DNA of 45,376 nucleotides from an uncultured Eggerthellaceae bacterium (GCA_949450265.1 CASTMW010000001.1:1-45376); one strand, 5' to 3'. Counted from the stretch's first letter, positions 9,628 to 21,129 are shown. Numbers and translations: made by a program. Notes: generated from the sequence alone by a model not told the origin.

Positions 9628-9655
9628 AAGGGTCGGCCATGCTGTCGGCCCTTTT
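9628..9655 (+). terminator. Rho-independent terminator after nanA
   Basis: AAGGGTCGGC-CATGCT-GTCGGCCCTT stem ending in TTTT. Confidence 0.65.
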
Positions 9656-9764
9656 GCATGCCCGATGGTTAATTTGGACGCTTCCGGATGCGCGGGTTCC
9701 CGCGCGGCGCTGTGCATGATAAGCTATGGATGCTCTTATCGCATCAACGCAGCTGAAACACATC

Positions 9765-10661
9765 ATGCCAAGGAGCAGTTTGGCTAAGAAGAACAACATC
9801 GTCACGTTCGAAGAGGCGCGCCGGTCCGCGAAGCGACGCAGACCAGCCGCATCAGGAACCGTTTCCGTCGCCGAAGATGCGGTGACCACCAAGCTGGAAG
9901 AGAAGAAGCCTGCAAGCCGTAAGCGGACGCGCAAGCGCGCAACGGCCACATCGTCAGAACGCGCAGCTTCGGCCCCTATGACAGCACGCGTGGCCTCAGC
10001 GTCCACGATCGGCTCTTCGCGCAGCGTGGCCAAAGAAGCGGCCAAACAGCGTCGCAGCAAGGCCCGCGCCGAGAAGAAGTTCGCGAAGCTCTATGGTGGC
10101 GATGGCGCCGCCGCATCTGCTCAAAGCGACGAAGGCGGTCCGCGCGCAGCCGTTTATCAGACGAAGATGGGCGCGAGGCACCGCAAGGCCGCGCAGGCGT
10201 TGCAGCAGAAGGCCGCTCAGGGTATCTCGGCGGCATCGGGCTTCGTCGGCGGCATCACGCTTCCCGATCTGAAAGCGCTGCCCAAGCGTACAGTGCGTAT
10301 CCTGACCGTCATCGGATGCGCAGCGTTTCTGGCCTTCATGTTGTATTCGCCTGCCCAGCAGTGCTATCAGCAGGTGCGTGAGCGCGATCGTGTGGCCGCC
10401 GAGTACGCCGCGGTGCTCGACCGCAACCAAGCGCTGGCCGATTCGGTGGACATGTTGCAGACCGAAGAGGGTATCGAAGACAAGGCGCACGCCGAGTACG
10501 GCATGGTGAAGGACGGCGAAGAGGCTGGCAGCGTCAGCGGCATTGACGTGCAGAGCAGCACCGATTTCGTGGCGAACGTGGTGCCGGGCGGCGTAGGTGC
10601 GCCCGATACGTGGTATTCCGGTTTGCTCGACTTCCTCTTCGGCTATTCCAATCCGCAATGA
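9765..10661 (+). CDS. ftsB: Septum formation initiator (FtsB/DivIC family) with long basic N-terminus
   Basis: One TM segment, then coiled coil and IEDKAHAEYGMVKDGE (DivIC motif); lies upstream of ppx as in actinobacteria. Alternative start 9726. Confidence 0.75.
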   Translation: MPRSSLAKKNNIVTFEEARRSAKRRRPAASGTVSVAEDAVTTKLEEKKPASRKRTRKRATATSSERAASAPMTARVASASTIGSSRSVAKEAAKQRRSKARAEKKFAKLYGGDGAAASAQSDEGGPRAAVYQTKMGARHRKAAQALQQKAAQGISAASGFVGGITLPDLKALPKRTVRILTVIGCAAFLAFMLYSPAQQCYQQVRERDRVAAEYAAVLDRNQALADSVDMLQTEEGIEDKAHAEYGMVKDGEEAGSVSGIDVQSSTDFVANVVPGGVGAPDTWYSGLLDFLFGYSNPQ

Positions 10662-11668
10662 TGGGCGATCGGCATACGCCCCGCACGACCGGAACACAGG
10701 GAGCGCCCCTGTATGATGGTCGTTATGCCGCCATCGATATCGGCACGGTGACTTGCCGTATGATGGTGGCTGACGTACGTGCAGGGAAGCTCCAGGTGCT
10801 GGCGAAGGAATACCGCATCACCAATCTAGGCGAAGGGGTGGATGCGACGCGGCGACTGCTACCGGAAGCGATGCAGCGCGTGGAAGATGCCCTGCGCGAT
10901 TTTCTGGCTGTGCGCGCCACGTTCGACACACCCGATGTACCTCTTGCTGCCACCATGGTGGTGGCTACCTCGGCCGCGCGCGATGCGAAGAACGCTGATG
11001 CCTTCGAGGCGATGCTGGCGGGCTTGGGGTTGCAGCTGCAGGTGATCAGCGGTGCTGAGGAAGCGGCGCTCACCTTCGCGGGGGCAGGGGCTGCCTTTCC
11101 GGGAGAGCGCGTCATGGTGGTGGATATCGGTGGCGGCTCCACTGAGATATCCGTCGGGTGTGCAGGCGGCCTTCCCGAAGCATCGCATTCGTTCGACATC
11201 GGGTGCCGCCGTGTCACAGAGCGCTTCCTACACGACGATCCGCCCACATCCGACCAGCTTGCTGCGGCCAGTGCGTGGACGGGAGCGGCCTTCAACGAAT
11301 GGCTCGCCAAGGTGCGCACGGACGGGGTGGCAGCGGCGGATCGCATGGTGGCCGTGGCTGGCACCGCCACCACGGCGGTGAGCATCCGCGAGCACATGGA
11401 AGTCTACGATAGCCAGTGCGTGGATGGCGCCTGCGTCTCGGCTGCCGAGGTGCGTGGCATCGCCGATCGCTTGGCAGCGCTGCCGCTTGCTGAGCGGCGT
11501 CACGTGGTGGGCCTTGACCCAGGACGCGCGCCCGTTATCGTAGCAGGCATGGTGATCCTGGGGTCAGTGATGCACGCGGCCCAGATGGACACGTTCACGG
11601 TCAGTGAATCGGATATACTGGATGGCATGATCCTGCGGCTCGCAACCGAGGCGGAACAGCGGTCCTGA
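10658..11668 (+). CDS. ppx: Ppx/GppA family phosphatase
   Basis: AAIDIGT, ATSAARDA, ISGAEEA, DIGGGSTE, SESDILDG; ATGA overlap with ftsB. Confidence 0.9.
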   Translation: MMGDRHTPRTTGTQGAPLYDGRYAAIDIGTVTCRMMVADVRAGKLQVLAKEYRITNLGEGVDATRRLLPEAMQRVEDALRDFLAVRATFDTPDVPLAATMVVATSAARDAKNADAFEAMLAGLGLQLQVISGAEEAALTFAGAGAAFPGERVMVVDIGGGSTEISVGCAGGLPEASHSFDIGCRRVTERFLHDDPPTSDQLAAASAWTGAAFNEWLAKVRTDGVAAADRMVAVAGTATTAVSIREHMEVYDSQCVDGACVSAAEVRGIADRLAALPLAERRHVVGLDPGRAPVIVAGMVILGSVMHAAQMDTFTVSESDILDGMILRLATEAEQRS

Positions 11669-11740
11669 CCGCGCCTTCCGCAACGCATTCGATCGCGATC
11701 GCAGCAGAGAGCGTCCGCAAGCAACAGCCGGATGGGGAAT

Positions 11741-12796
11741 ATGAGAACAGCAAGCGAGCTTCTGAATTCAGCGCACCAGCCGTTCGGGTCCTTCGAAGAG
11801 TACCTGGACTGTTATGCCGACGGCGTGGGCGACGTGGTGAACCAATACATCCAGCGCGGCAGCCATCCCGACATGGATCGGTACCTATATGATCCACTGC
11901 TGGCATACAGCAAGAACGGCGGCAAGCGCCACCGCCCGCTGATCGCCTTCGCTTCGTGCTTTGCGGTGGGTGGCAACGTGGACCTTGCCACGTCGGCGGC
12001 AGCGGCCATTGAGCACTTCCATACGGCGGCACTCATCCATGATGACATCGCCGATAAGGCCGAGCTGCGCCGTGGTGAGCCTTGCCTGCACTTGACGGAA
12101 GGCGAAGGCCTGGCCATCAACATGGGCGACCTGGCGCTGGCGCTGGCGGTGGGCCCGGTGATCGACGACCCGCTGTTGCAGGACGCGCAGAAGATCCGCG
12201 TCATCAGCGAACTGATAACCATGACGCGCCGTACGGTGGAAGGGCAGGCCATGGATATCGGCTGGGCGCGCGATGGTCGCTATGACATCACGCCTGACGA
12301 TTACCTGGTGATGGCCACGCACAAGACGGCGCATTACTCCGGCGCGGTGCCGCTGGCCATCGGCGCCATCGTGGGCAATGGAACCGAAGAGCAGGTGCAG
12401 GCGCTGCGCGAGTATGGGCTGCGCACGGGCCTGGCCTTCCAGATACAGGACGATCTGCTGAATCTGGTGGGCGCTGAAGAGGCCACCAAGAAGGACTTCC
12501 GCAGTGATATCACCGAAGGTAAGCGCACGTTGATGGTGGTGCACGCGCTCCAGCATCTAAGCGGTGTGCAGCGGGCGCGGCTCGTGGAGATACTCTCGTC
12601 GAAGGAGCGCCAGCCAGAGGTGTTGGCCGAAGCGGTGGAGCTGATGCGGGGCGCCGGGTCCATCGACTATGCGCGCGACTATGCTGAGGGGCTGACCGAC
12701 AGCACGAAGGGGCGACTGATGGAAGTGGTGGCGCCCAGTTCGGCGCGCGACCTGCTGATCGGCATGGCTGACTGGTTCGTGAAGAGACTGAAGTAG
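11741..12796 (+). CDS. Polyprenyl diphosphate synthase
   Basis: GGKRHRP, LIHDDIAD...RRG, GQAMD, KTA, FQIQDD. Alternative start 11732. Confidence 0.9.
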   Translation: MRTASELLNSAHQPFGSFEEYLDCYADGVGDVVNQYIQRGSHPDMDRYLYDPLLAYSKNGGKRHRPLIAFASCFAVGGNVDLATSAAAAIEHFHTAALIHDDIADKAELRRGEPCLHLTEGEGLAINMGDLALALAVGPVIDDPLLQDAQKIRVISELITMTRRTVEGQAMDIGWARDGRYDITPDDYLVMATHKTAHYSGAVPLAIGAIVGNGTEEQVQALREYGLRTGLAFQIQDDLLNLVGAEEATKKDFRSDITEGKRTLMVVHALQHLSGVQRARLVEILSSKERQPEVLAEAVELMRGAGSIDYARDYAEGLTDSTKGRLMEVVAPSSARDLLIGMADWFVKRLK

Positions 12797-12804
12797 GCGA
12801 CGGT

Positions 12805-13698
12805 ATGGCAGCGATGGATTCTATCAAGCGCGGCGACACGGGGGCTGCGGTCGAGGACGTGCAGGAACGCTTGGCGTTGCTGGGTCTGCTTGCCACCGAT
12901 GCGGTTAGCGGCGTCTTCGATGATGCCACGGTGGTGGCGCTGGCGGCGTTCTGTCAGATGCAGGGACTGCCCGCCTGCGAAGAGGTCACCAGCAAGGTGT
13001 GGGCAGCCCTAGTGGATGCGACCTACCATATGGGCGATCGTACGCTGTATCTGCGCATGCCGTACTTGCACGGTAACGATGTCCTTGAACTGCAGCGCGC
13101 GTTGGGAGCGCTGGGGTTCGCGTGCGGTGCCGACGATGGTATCTTCGGTGCCATCACCGAGATGGCGCTGCGCAAGTTCCAGGTGAACATGGGGTTGCCC
13201 TCCGATGGCATCGCGGGCGCCTACACGTTCGCCGCGCTGCATAACCTGGAGCATTCATGGGCGGGCAAGGAACCGCCGCATGCCACGCGCAGCTTAGGGT
13301 ATGCGCGGGCGGCTGATGTGCTGGAGGCGAACGCGCTCTGTCTGTTCGGCACGGACGACTTCACGCGGGAAGTGGCGCAGCGCATGTCGAACCTTGCCAT
13401 CGCCACCAACCCGGCCTCGCGCATCGTCAGCGCCGACGCGCTATCGGTGGTACCCGATGAGGATATGCTGCTCGTGCAGATCGCCCTGGAACCGGGCGAG
13501 GATGCGGTGCCCGAGGTCATCTATGACGAAGAGACGCTCTCTCGGCGCCTGTCGGCGGCCATCCAGACTGCGCGCGCGGCCAAGCCGTTGCGCGTGAAGG
13601 TGGTGCTGCCGGGACCAAGCTGGATGGATGCAGGCGAGCAGCGCTCGGCGCAGCATTACGCCATCACGTTGCTGGATGCGCTGTGCACGGTGCTGTAA
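12805..13698 (+). CDS. Peptidoglycan-binding protein with two PG_binding_1 domains (CwlM-like N-terminus)
   Basis: GDTGAAVEDVQERL...GVFDDAT and GNDVLELQRAL...DGIFG...FQ...GLPSDGIAG. Confidence 0.8.
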   Translation: MAAMDSIKRGDTGAAVEDVQERLALLGLLATDAVSGVFDDATVVALAAFCQMQGLPACEEVTSKVWAALVDATYHMGDRTLYLRMPYLHGNDVLELQRALGALGFACGADDGIFGAITEMALRKFQVNMGLPSDGIAGAYTFAALHNLEHSWAGKEPPHATRSLGYARAADVLEANALCLFGTDDFTREVAQRMSNLAIATNPASRIVSADALSVVPDEDMLLVQIALEPGEDAVPEVIYDEETLSRRLSAAIQTARAAKPLRVKVVLPGPSWMDAGEQRSAQHYAITLLDALCTVL

Positions 13699-13717
13699 AG
13701 ATGTTTCGTGCTCACGC

Positions 13718-13742
13718 GAAAACGGTTCACTGAACCGTTTTC
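13718..13742. repeat. Palindrome between the converging CDS and tRNA gene
   Basis: GAAAACGGTTCA-C-TGAACCGTTTTC. Confidence 0.7.
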
Positions 13743-13790
13743 CCCTCACGGGTTCGAATCCCGCACCGCATGCCGACTTGAGATGATAGG

Positions 13791-13874
13791 TGGTAGGGGT
13801 GGCGGGATTCGAACCCGCACGCCTTGCGGCAGAGGTTTTTAAGACCTCGGTGTCTGCCATTCCACCACACCCCC
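13791..13874 (-). tRNA. tRNA-Leu (anticodon TAA)
   Basis: Minus strand GGGGGTG...GGAATGGCAGACAC-C-GAGGT-CTTAAAA-ACCTC, long variable arm, GCGGGTTCGAATCCCGC, CACCCCT-A-CCA; CCA is encoded. Confidence 0.96.
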
Positions 13875-14069
13875 ACAAGCAGAAGTGTAGCAGGTTGCAC
13901 GCCGCCGTCGTCGAGAATATGACGCATGCGGCATATTCTCCATCGAGCACAGGAGCAGGGCAGCGCACGCACCATCTGTCCGAATGCGCGAAGGGTGCCT
14001 GCGGGTAGTGGTAGAATTTCGGTCGTCATCATGTGATGGAAGACCCTGCTATACGACCGAAGGAAGAAT

Positions 14070-14558
14070 ATGCGCGAATTGCCATCTGAACAGCTGGACC
14101 CTCGTATCAAGAGCGTCTGGCGCATCAACGATGCCATCTGGATCATCCTCTGCTTCCTCATCTGCTTCATCCCGTTCGCCATCGTGGGGAGCGTGGAGGA
14201 CGAGTCCTGGGTGACGGTGGTCATGGCTATCATCGGCGCGTTCTTCGCGGTGCTGGCGGTCGTGTGCTTGGTGGTGCTGCCGCCCATCCGCTATGCGCGC
14301 TGGCGCTACCAGATGTCGGAGGGTTTCCTGGATATCGCGCGTGGCATCTTCTGGCGCAAGCGCTTTGTCATTCCGTTCATCCGCGTGCAGAATACCGACA
14401 CGCGCCAAGGGCCGCTCATGCGCGCCTTCGGGCTGTCCAGCGTGACCGTGGCCACGGCCGCGGGCGAACATGAGATACCGGGCATCAGCACCGCTCAGGC
14501 CGAGCAGCTGCGCGACCATGCTGCCGAACTTGCCCGCATCGCGCGCGAGGACGTATAG
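14070..14558 (+). CDS. ydbS: YdbS-like membrane protein with bacterial PH domain
   Basis: Two TM segments, then RYARWRY...RGIFWRK..IPFIRVQ..DTRQGPLMRAFGL..V.V.TA. Confidence 0.85.
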   Translation: MRELPSEQLDPRIKSVWRINDAIWIILCFLICFIPFAIVGSVEDESWVTVVMAIIGAFFAVLAVVCLVVLPPIRYARWRYQMSEGFLDIARGIFWRKRFVIPFIRVQNTDTRQGPLMRAFGLSSVTVATAAGEHEIPGISTAQAEQLRDHAAELARIAREDV

Positions 14559-16529
14559 ATGGCGGGCGCATACGACGAGAAGTACGGTGTGAACCAGGTG
14601 CCCGTACCGACACCGGCGCCGCAGCAAGCGCAGCCATCGGTTGCACCGCAGGCTCAGCTGGGCGGCGTGGCACCTGCGATGCCGCAGACAGCAGCGTCGC
14701 AGCAGCCGCAACCGTACGGGCAAGTGCCGTTCCAGCCCTTCGGCCAGGAAGGCGGTCTGCCCGCATACCACGTGCATCACAGCTACATCTGGCTGAACAC
14801 TATCCGTGCGGTGTTGGCGGTGCTCTTCATCGTAATGATCTCGTCGTTCTCCTCGGTGTTGGCGGTGATTGACGAGATCGGCTACTCCGGTATCGGCATG
14901 GTGGGTATGATACTCGGCGGGTCAGGGGTCCTGTTTCTCGTGTTTGTGGGCTTGGTGGTGCTCGTGCACGTGTTGGCGTACAAGCGCCTGTACTTCACGT
15001 TGGGACCCAACGAGTTCAGCCTGTACAGCGGCATCATCACGAAGAAGCGCGTGCATGTGCCCTACGATCGCGTGCAATCGGTGGATGCGCGCGCCAGTTT
15101 GATCCAGCGCGTGTTCGGCGTGCGCAACGTCTTCATTGACACGGCGGGCGGTGCGGCGAACAAGGCCGTGCTCGTGCCGTCGGTTACGAAGGCGCAGGCC
15201 GAGTGGCTGACCGCCGAGTTGTATGCGCGCAAACGTCAGGTATTGGCACCGCAACCGACCGCTGCCTCGGCATCCCCGCAGGTCGCAGGGCAGCCCATCG
15301 CCGCCGCGGTCGCACCGCAGCAGCCGACTAACGTACTCGACTACGGCAAGCAGGCGTGGGACGAGGTGGGCGGTGTGTTCGCCGGAGCGCCCGTGCAGGA
15401 GATGGTGCCCAGCTTCGAATACGGCATGACCAATAAGCAGCTGTTCTTGGCTGGCCTGTCGAACAACACGTCGTTCGTGCTTTTGGTGTTGGGCTTCTTG
15501 GCCGCGGTGGGGCAGGTTGCCGATTTCGCGGGCGCGCTCTTCCCCCAGCAGACCGACCAGGCGGGCCAAGCGCTCGATTCGTTGTTCGTGCAAGCGGCGG
15601 ACCCCCTTGTGGGGATGAGCATCGCAGCGTCGATCGTGGGCATCCTGGTGGTGCTGGCCATCGTTTGGGTGCTCTCGGCCATCGGCTCGTGCATTAGCTA
15701 CGGAGGCTTCCGCGCGCGCCGCGTGGGCGATCGCGTGGAGGTGGAGCGTGGCCTTCTGCAGCACACACGCCAGAGCATCAGCATCCAGCGCGTGCAGGCG
15801 GTGGTGGTGAAGCAGTCGGTCATCCGCCGCCTGATCGGCTATTGTGAGGTGTCGCTGGACAAGATCGATGCGGCTGCCTCCGATGACGCCGGGCAGCAGA
15901 AGAACAGCCTGAATGCGACCGGCGTGGTCGTGCACCCCTTCTGCAAGCTGGCCGACGTGCCAGCCATCCTGACCGGCCTGGTGCCCGAATATGCGGGCAT
16001 CCCGCAAGATCGCACACCGCTTGCCCCGGTCGCCCTGCGCCGCGGCATCATCCGCCGCTGCCTCATTCAAGGCGGAGGTTTCTGGCTGGCGGTGGCCGTC
16101 GTCATCATCCAAGCCATCATGAACGCCCTGTTCGACCCGGCGGCTGCCACCACCATGCGCGAAGCGCAGGAGAACGCGCAGTTACTGGCGCTTACGAACC
16201 CCATCTGCTTCGTGCTGTACGGCATCGCGCTCGCGTGCTTCGTTTTGGAGCTGGTCAGCGCCATACGGTGGGCGCGCGAATCGGGCTTCGCGGTGAATCG
16301 CCAGTTCATGAAGGTGGTCAACGGTGGCCTTTCGCGCGAAGAGCGCAGCTTCCCGCGCACGAAGATCCAGTACGGGTACGCGCGTACGAACCCCTTCCAG
16401 CGCCTGTCGAAGGTAGCCACACTGAACGCACGCACCGCAGCGGGCATCGGCGGCACCACCGTTTCGCTGTGGGATGTGTCGGAAGAGGATGCGGATGCGT
16501 GGCTGGATTGGTTGAAGCCCCGTTCGTGA
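14559..16529 (+). CDS. ydbT: YdbT-like membrane protein with three bacterial PH domains
   Basis: Three bPH_2-like repeats (YSGIITKK..VPYDRVQ; ERGLLQ...ISIQRVQ; NGGLS...FPRTKIQ); directly follows ydbS. Confidence 0.82.
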   Translation: MAGAYDEKYGVNQVPVPTPAPQQAQPSVAPQAQLGGVAPAMPQTAASQQPQPYGQVPFQPFGQEGGLPAYHVHHSYIWLNTIRAVLAVLFIVMISSFSSVLAVIDEIGYSGIGMVGMILGGSGVLFLVFVGLVVLVHVLAYKRLYFTLGPNEFSLYSGIITKKRVHVPYDRVQSVDARASLIQRVFGVRNVFIDTAGGAANKAVLVPSVTKAQAEWLTAELYARKRQVLAPQPTAASASPQVAGQPIAAAVAPQQPTNVLDYGKQAWDEVGGVFAGAPVQEMVPSFEYGMTNKQLFLAGLSNNTSFVLLVLGFLAAVGQVADFAGALFPQQTDQAGQALDSLFVQAADPLVGMSIAASIVGILVVLAIVWVLSAIGSCISYGGFRARRVGDRVEVERGLLQHTRQSISIQRVQAVVVKQSVIRRLIGYCEVSLDKIDAAASDDAGQQKNSLNATGVVVHPFCKLADVPAILTGLVPEYAGIPQDRTPLAPVALRRGIIRRCLIQGGGFWLAVAVVIIQAIMNALFDPAAATTMREAQENAQLLALTNPICFVLYGIALACFVLELVSAIRWARESGFAVNRQFMKVVNGGLSREERSFPRTKIQYGYARTNPFQRLSKVATLNARTAAGIGGTTVSLWDVSEEDADAWLDWLKPRS

Positions 16530-16634
16530 GCGCTCGCGCAGATTCGGCCCGCGGGCGCGTCGAACCGTGCTGCGTGGTGCGATCATCGTGGTAGAATCTC
16601 CACCACGGATCACAGCGAAGAACGGAGGGTGCTT

Positions 16635-17900
<1,266 letters not shown>

Positions 17901-17918
17901 AACGAACAACGACATGAG

Positions 17919-17951
17919 GGCGAAGGGCTGGCGCGTGAGCTGCCCTTCGCC
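17919..17951 (+). other. Intercistronic hairpin between leuC and leuD
   Basis: GGCGAAGGGC...GCCCTTCGCC 10-bp stem with no U-tract. Confidence 0.45.
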
Positions 17952-17981
17952 GCAGCGCAAGATGGATTCGGAGGACGCAAC

Positions 17982-18491
17982 GTGAGATTCGAAGGCAGAG
18001 CATTTCGGTATGGGCGCGACATCGACACCGATGTCATCATCCCGGCGCGGTATCTGAACACGTCGGATCCGCAGGAGCTGGCGGCGCATTGCATGGAGGA
18101 CTTGGACACCACCTTCGTCGAACGCGTGCAGCCGGGCGACATCATCGTGGCGGACGAGAACTTCGGCTGCGGTTCCAGCCGCGAACATGCGCCCATCGCC
18201 ATCAAGGCCGCCGGGGTGGATGCGGTCATCGCGAAGAGCTTCGCGCGCATCTTCTACCGCAATGCCATCAACACGGGTCTGGCCATCCTTGAATGCCCCG
18301 AGGCGGTGGACGCCATCGAAGACGGCGACACGGTCAGCGTGGATGCCGATACAGGCACCATCACCGACGAGACGACCGGAAAGACGTTCCAAGCGCAACC
18401 CTTCCCGCCGTTCATCGCTGAGATCATCGAGAAGGGCGGGCTCGTGAACCGCTGGAAGGAGAAGCTGGCTGCGGCTTCCTCTGATAACTGA
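17982..18491 (+). CDS. leuD: 3-isopropylmalate dehydratase small subunit
   Basis: [33 protein letters not shown]; GTG start with GGAGG RBS. Confidence 0.93.
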   Translation: MRFEGRAFRYGRDIDTDVIIPARYLNTSDPQELAAHCMEDLDTTFVERVQPGDIIVADENFGCGSSREHAPIAIKAAGVDAVIAKSFARIFYRNAINTGLAILECPEAVDAIEDGDTVSVDADTGTITDETTGKTFQAQPFPPFIAEIIEKGGLVNRWKEKLAAASSDN

Positions 18492-18595
18492 TCCAGCCCT
18501 TGTTTTGGGCTCTGCGTTGTCCTGAGCCAACTTGGCCTCAAGGCGGGGCTATCTCAGCCATCAGAGAAAGCCTCGCAGATATAAAAGGAGAGAGT

Positions 18596-19702
18596 ATGAC
18601 GACCTACAAGATCTGCTTGCTGCCAGGAGACGGCATAGGACCTGAGATCATCGCGGAAGGGTGCAAGGTGCTGGATGCGGTGGGTGCGAAGTACGGTGTG
18701 AGCTTCGACTACACCGAGGCGGCCATCGGTGGCTGTGCCATCGACGAGTTCGGCACGGCGCTGCCGGAGGAGACGTTGGCGCTTGCGAAGGCCAGCGATG
18801 CGGTGCTGTTGGCGGCGGTGGGCGGCCCGAAATGGGACACTACCGATCCGGAGCGTCCGCGTCCTGAGCAGGGACTGTTGGGTATCCGCAAGGGCTTGGA
18901 GCTGTACACGAACCTGCGTCCCGTGCAGATCTTCTCGGCGCTGTCGCAGGCATCAACCTTAAAGCCCGAGGTGATCGACGGTGTGGACCTGATGATGGTG
19001 CGCGAGCTGACCGGTGGTGTGTACTTCGGCATGCGCGAGCGCTTCTATGATGAAGAAGGTGCTGGGCCCGATGGCAGCAGCGGACAGCGTGCCTATGACA
19101 CCATGGAGTACCGCGAATACGAGATAGACCGTATCGCGCGTCAGGCTTTCGAAGCGGCCCGCAAGCGTCGCAACAAGGTGACCAGTGTGGATAAGGCCAA
19201 CGTGCTGGAATCCAGCCGCTTGTGGCGTGAGATCGTGCATGCGATCCACGACAAGGATTACCCCGATGTAGAGCTTGAGGACATCTTGGTGGACAACTGC
19301 GCCATGCAGCTGATCACGCGGCCAGCCGATTTCGATGTCATGGTCACCGAGAACATGTTCGGCGACATCCTGTCGGACGAGGCGGCGCAGATCACCGGTT
19401 CGCTGGGGATGCTTGCCAGCGCCAGCTTGGGCGACCATGCAGCGCTGTACGAGCCGAGTCATGGTAGCGCGCCGGATATTGCGGGCCAGGGCATTGCGAA
19501 CCCTCTTGCGCAGATCCTGTCGTGCGAGATGATGCTGCGGTACAGCTTCGACATGCAGGAAGCTGCCGACGATGTGCGCTGTGCGGTGACCGCCGTGCTA
19601 GATGCTGGTTGGCGCACGGGCGATATCGCCGATGCGTCCACGCCCGCCGATCAGGTGGTGGGCACCGTGCGCATGGGAGACTTGGTGGTTGAGTACTTGT
19701 AG
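18596..19702 (+). CDS. leuB: 3-isopropylmalate dehydrogenase
   Basis: [45 protein letters not shown]; AAGGAG RBS. Confidence 0.96.
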   Translation: MTTYKICLLPGDGIGPEIIAEGCKVLDAVGAKYGVSFDYTEAAIGGCAIDEFGTALPEETLALAKASDAVLLAAVGGPKWDTTDPERPRPEQGLLGIRKGLELYTNLRPVQIFSALSQASTLKPEVIDGVDLMMVRELTGGVYFGMRERFYDEEGAGPDGSSGQRAYDTMEYREYEIDRIARQAFEAARKRRNKVTSVDKANVLESSRLWREIVHAIHDKDYPDVELEDILVDNCAMQLITRPADFDVMVTENMFGDILSDEAAQITGSLGMLASASLGDHAALYEPSHGSAPDIAGQGIANPLAQILSCEMMLRYSFDMQEAADDVRCAVTAVLDAGWRTGDIADASTPADQVVGTVRMGDLVVEYL

Positions 19703-19740
19703 GAGTAGCGCATCTCGCGCGTCCAAGAGGGCTGACGATG

Positions 19741-19773
19741 CGCCCGCAGCGCCCTGCTGCGGGCGTTTCCTTT
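19741..19773 (+). terminator. Rho-independent terminator of leuCDB
   Basis: CGCCCGCAGC-GCCCT-GCTGCGGGCG followed by TTTCCTTT. Confidence 0.7.
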
Positions 19774-19812
19774 GCGCTACAATGGGCTGACCGATCGGAA
19801 GGATGGGCGAAC

Positions 19813-21129
19813 ATGGCGATACATGCACCGGAGGGCACACGCGACCTGCTGCCAGACGAAGCGCTGTTCTGGGAGAGGTTCAAGCGAACCGCGGCCGAGG
19901 TGTTCGGGCGCTATGGCTACGTACCCATCGATACGCCCATCATCGAGCTGACCGAGCTGTTCGTGCGCGGTATCGGTGAGGCCACCGACGTGGTGGGCAA
20001 GGAGATGTTCACCGCCATCAGCGGCGCGAATCTGGCAATGCTGCTGGACGGGGGCACCATCAAGGGCAAGAGCCGTTTGAGCCTGCGCCCCGAGGGCACG
20101 GCTGGCGTGGTGCGCGCGGTGGTACAGCACGATCTGGTGCCGCAAGGTGCGCCGCCCGCGAAGTTGATGTACGCGGGGCCGATGTTCCGCGCTGAGCGTC
20201 CGCAACGAGGTCGCCAGCGCCAGTTCAACCAGGTGGGCATCGAATGCTTGGGCGCCGACGATCCTACGGTGGATGCCGAGGCCATCATCATGCTCATGCG
20301 CTTCTACGATGCGATGGGCATGCCCGCTGACGCTATGCGCCTGCTGGTGAACTCCATGGGGTGCGAGACATGCCGCCCGGCGTACCGCGATGCGGTGCGC
20401 GCCTATATGGAACAGCATGCCGACGCGCTCTGCGACGATTGCCACCGGCGCATAGACACCAATCCGCTGCGTGCGTTCGACTGCAAGAACGAAGGCTGTG
20501 CTGCAGTGATGGCGGATGCCCCGAAGATAACCGATCACCTGTGCGAGGATTGCCAGGCGCACTACCAACAGGTGAAGGCGCTCTTGGATGGTGCTGGCTT
20601 GTCCTATATCGAGGACCCAGCGCTCGTGCGCGGGCTGGACTATTACACACGCACCGTGTTCGAGGTGCAGGTGGATAACGGCAAACGCAGCCAGAGCGCC
20701 ATCGGCGGCGGCGGCCGCTATGACAAGCTGGCCGAAGAGGTGGGGGGCAGACCCACGCCCGGGTTTGGTTTCGCGCTGGGGTATGAGCGCACCATGCTTG
20801 CGCTCCAAGAGGTTGGCGTTGCCTTTCCGCAGGTGTGTCGCTGTGATGTGTTCGTCGCCTGCGTGGATGAAGCAGCGCGCGATCGGGCGTTCGCGGTGGT
20901 GCAGAGCCTGCGCGATGCGGGCGTGCGAAGCGACATGGACCATCAGCAGCGCAGCTTGAAGAGCCAGTTCAAACTGGCCGATAAGCTGGGGGTCCGATTC
21001 GTGGTGGTGCTCGGGCCTGACGAGCTGGCAGCGGGCAAGGCGCTCGTGCGCGACATGGGCGCTCATACGGAAACGCCTGTGCGTTTGGATGGGCTCGCTT
21101 GTGAGATGCAGGCTCTCATCTCGAGATAG
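19813..21129 (+). CDS. hisS: Histidine--tRNA ligase
   Basis: LRPEGTAGVVRA, FRAERPQRGR.RQF.Q, LVRGLDYYT, GGGRYD; TACAAT at 19778. Confidence 0.96.
   Translation: MAIHAPEGTRDLLPDEALFWERFKRTAAEVFGRYGYVPIDTPIIELTELFVRGIGEATDVVGKEMFTAISGANLAMLLDGGTIKGKSRLSLRPEGTAGVVRAVVQHDLVPQGAPPAKLMYAGPMFRAERPQRGRQRQFNQVGIECLGADDPTVDAEAIIMLMRFYDAMGMPADAMRLLVNSMGCETCRPAYRDAVRAYMEQHADALCDDCHRRIDTNPLRAFDCKNEGCAAVMADAPKITDHLCEDCQAHYQQVKALLDGAGLSYIEDPALVRGLDYYTRTVFEVQVDNGKRSQSAIGGGGRYDKLAEEVGGRPTPGFGFALGYERTMLALQEVGVAFPQVCRCDVFVACVDEAARDRAFAVVQSLRDAGVRSDMDHQQRSLKSQFKLADKLGVRFVVVLGPDELAAGKALVRDMGAHTETPVRLDGLACEMQALISR

Noticed and set aside
13749-13764. Prophage or ICE att site at the tRNA
   Set aside because: The duplicate is inverted rather than direct, and no integrase or island is adjacent.
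13791-13874. bldA-style regulation by tRNA-Leu(TAA)
   Set aside because: TTA codons occur in housekeeping genes in this window (secDF, ruvB, atpB), so the tRNA is probably essential rather than a developmental switch.
16530-16634. Leucine attenuator or T-box before leuC
   Set aside because: No Leu-rich leader peptide, T-box motif or terminator; a -10 (TAGAAT) sits close to the start.
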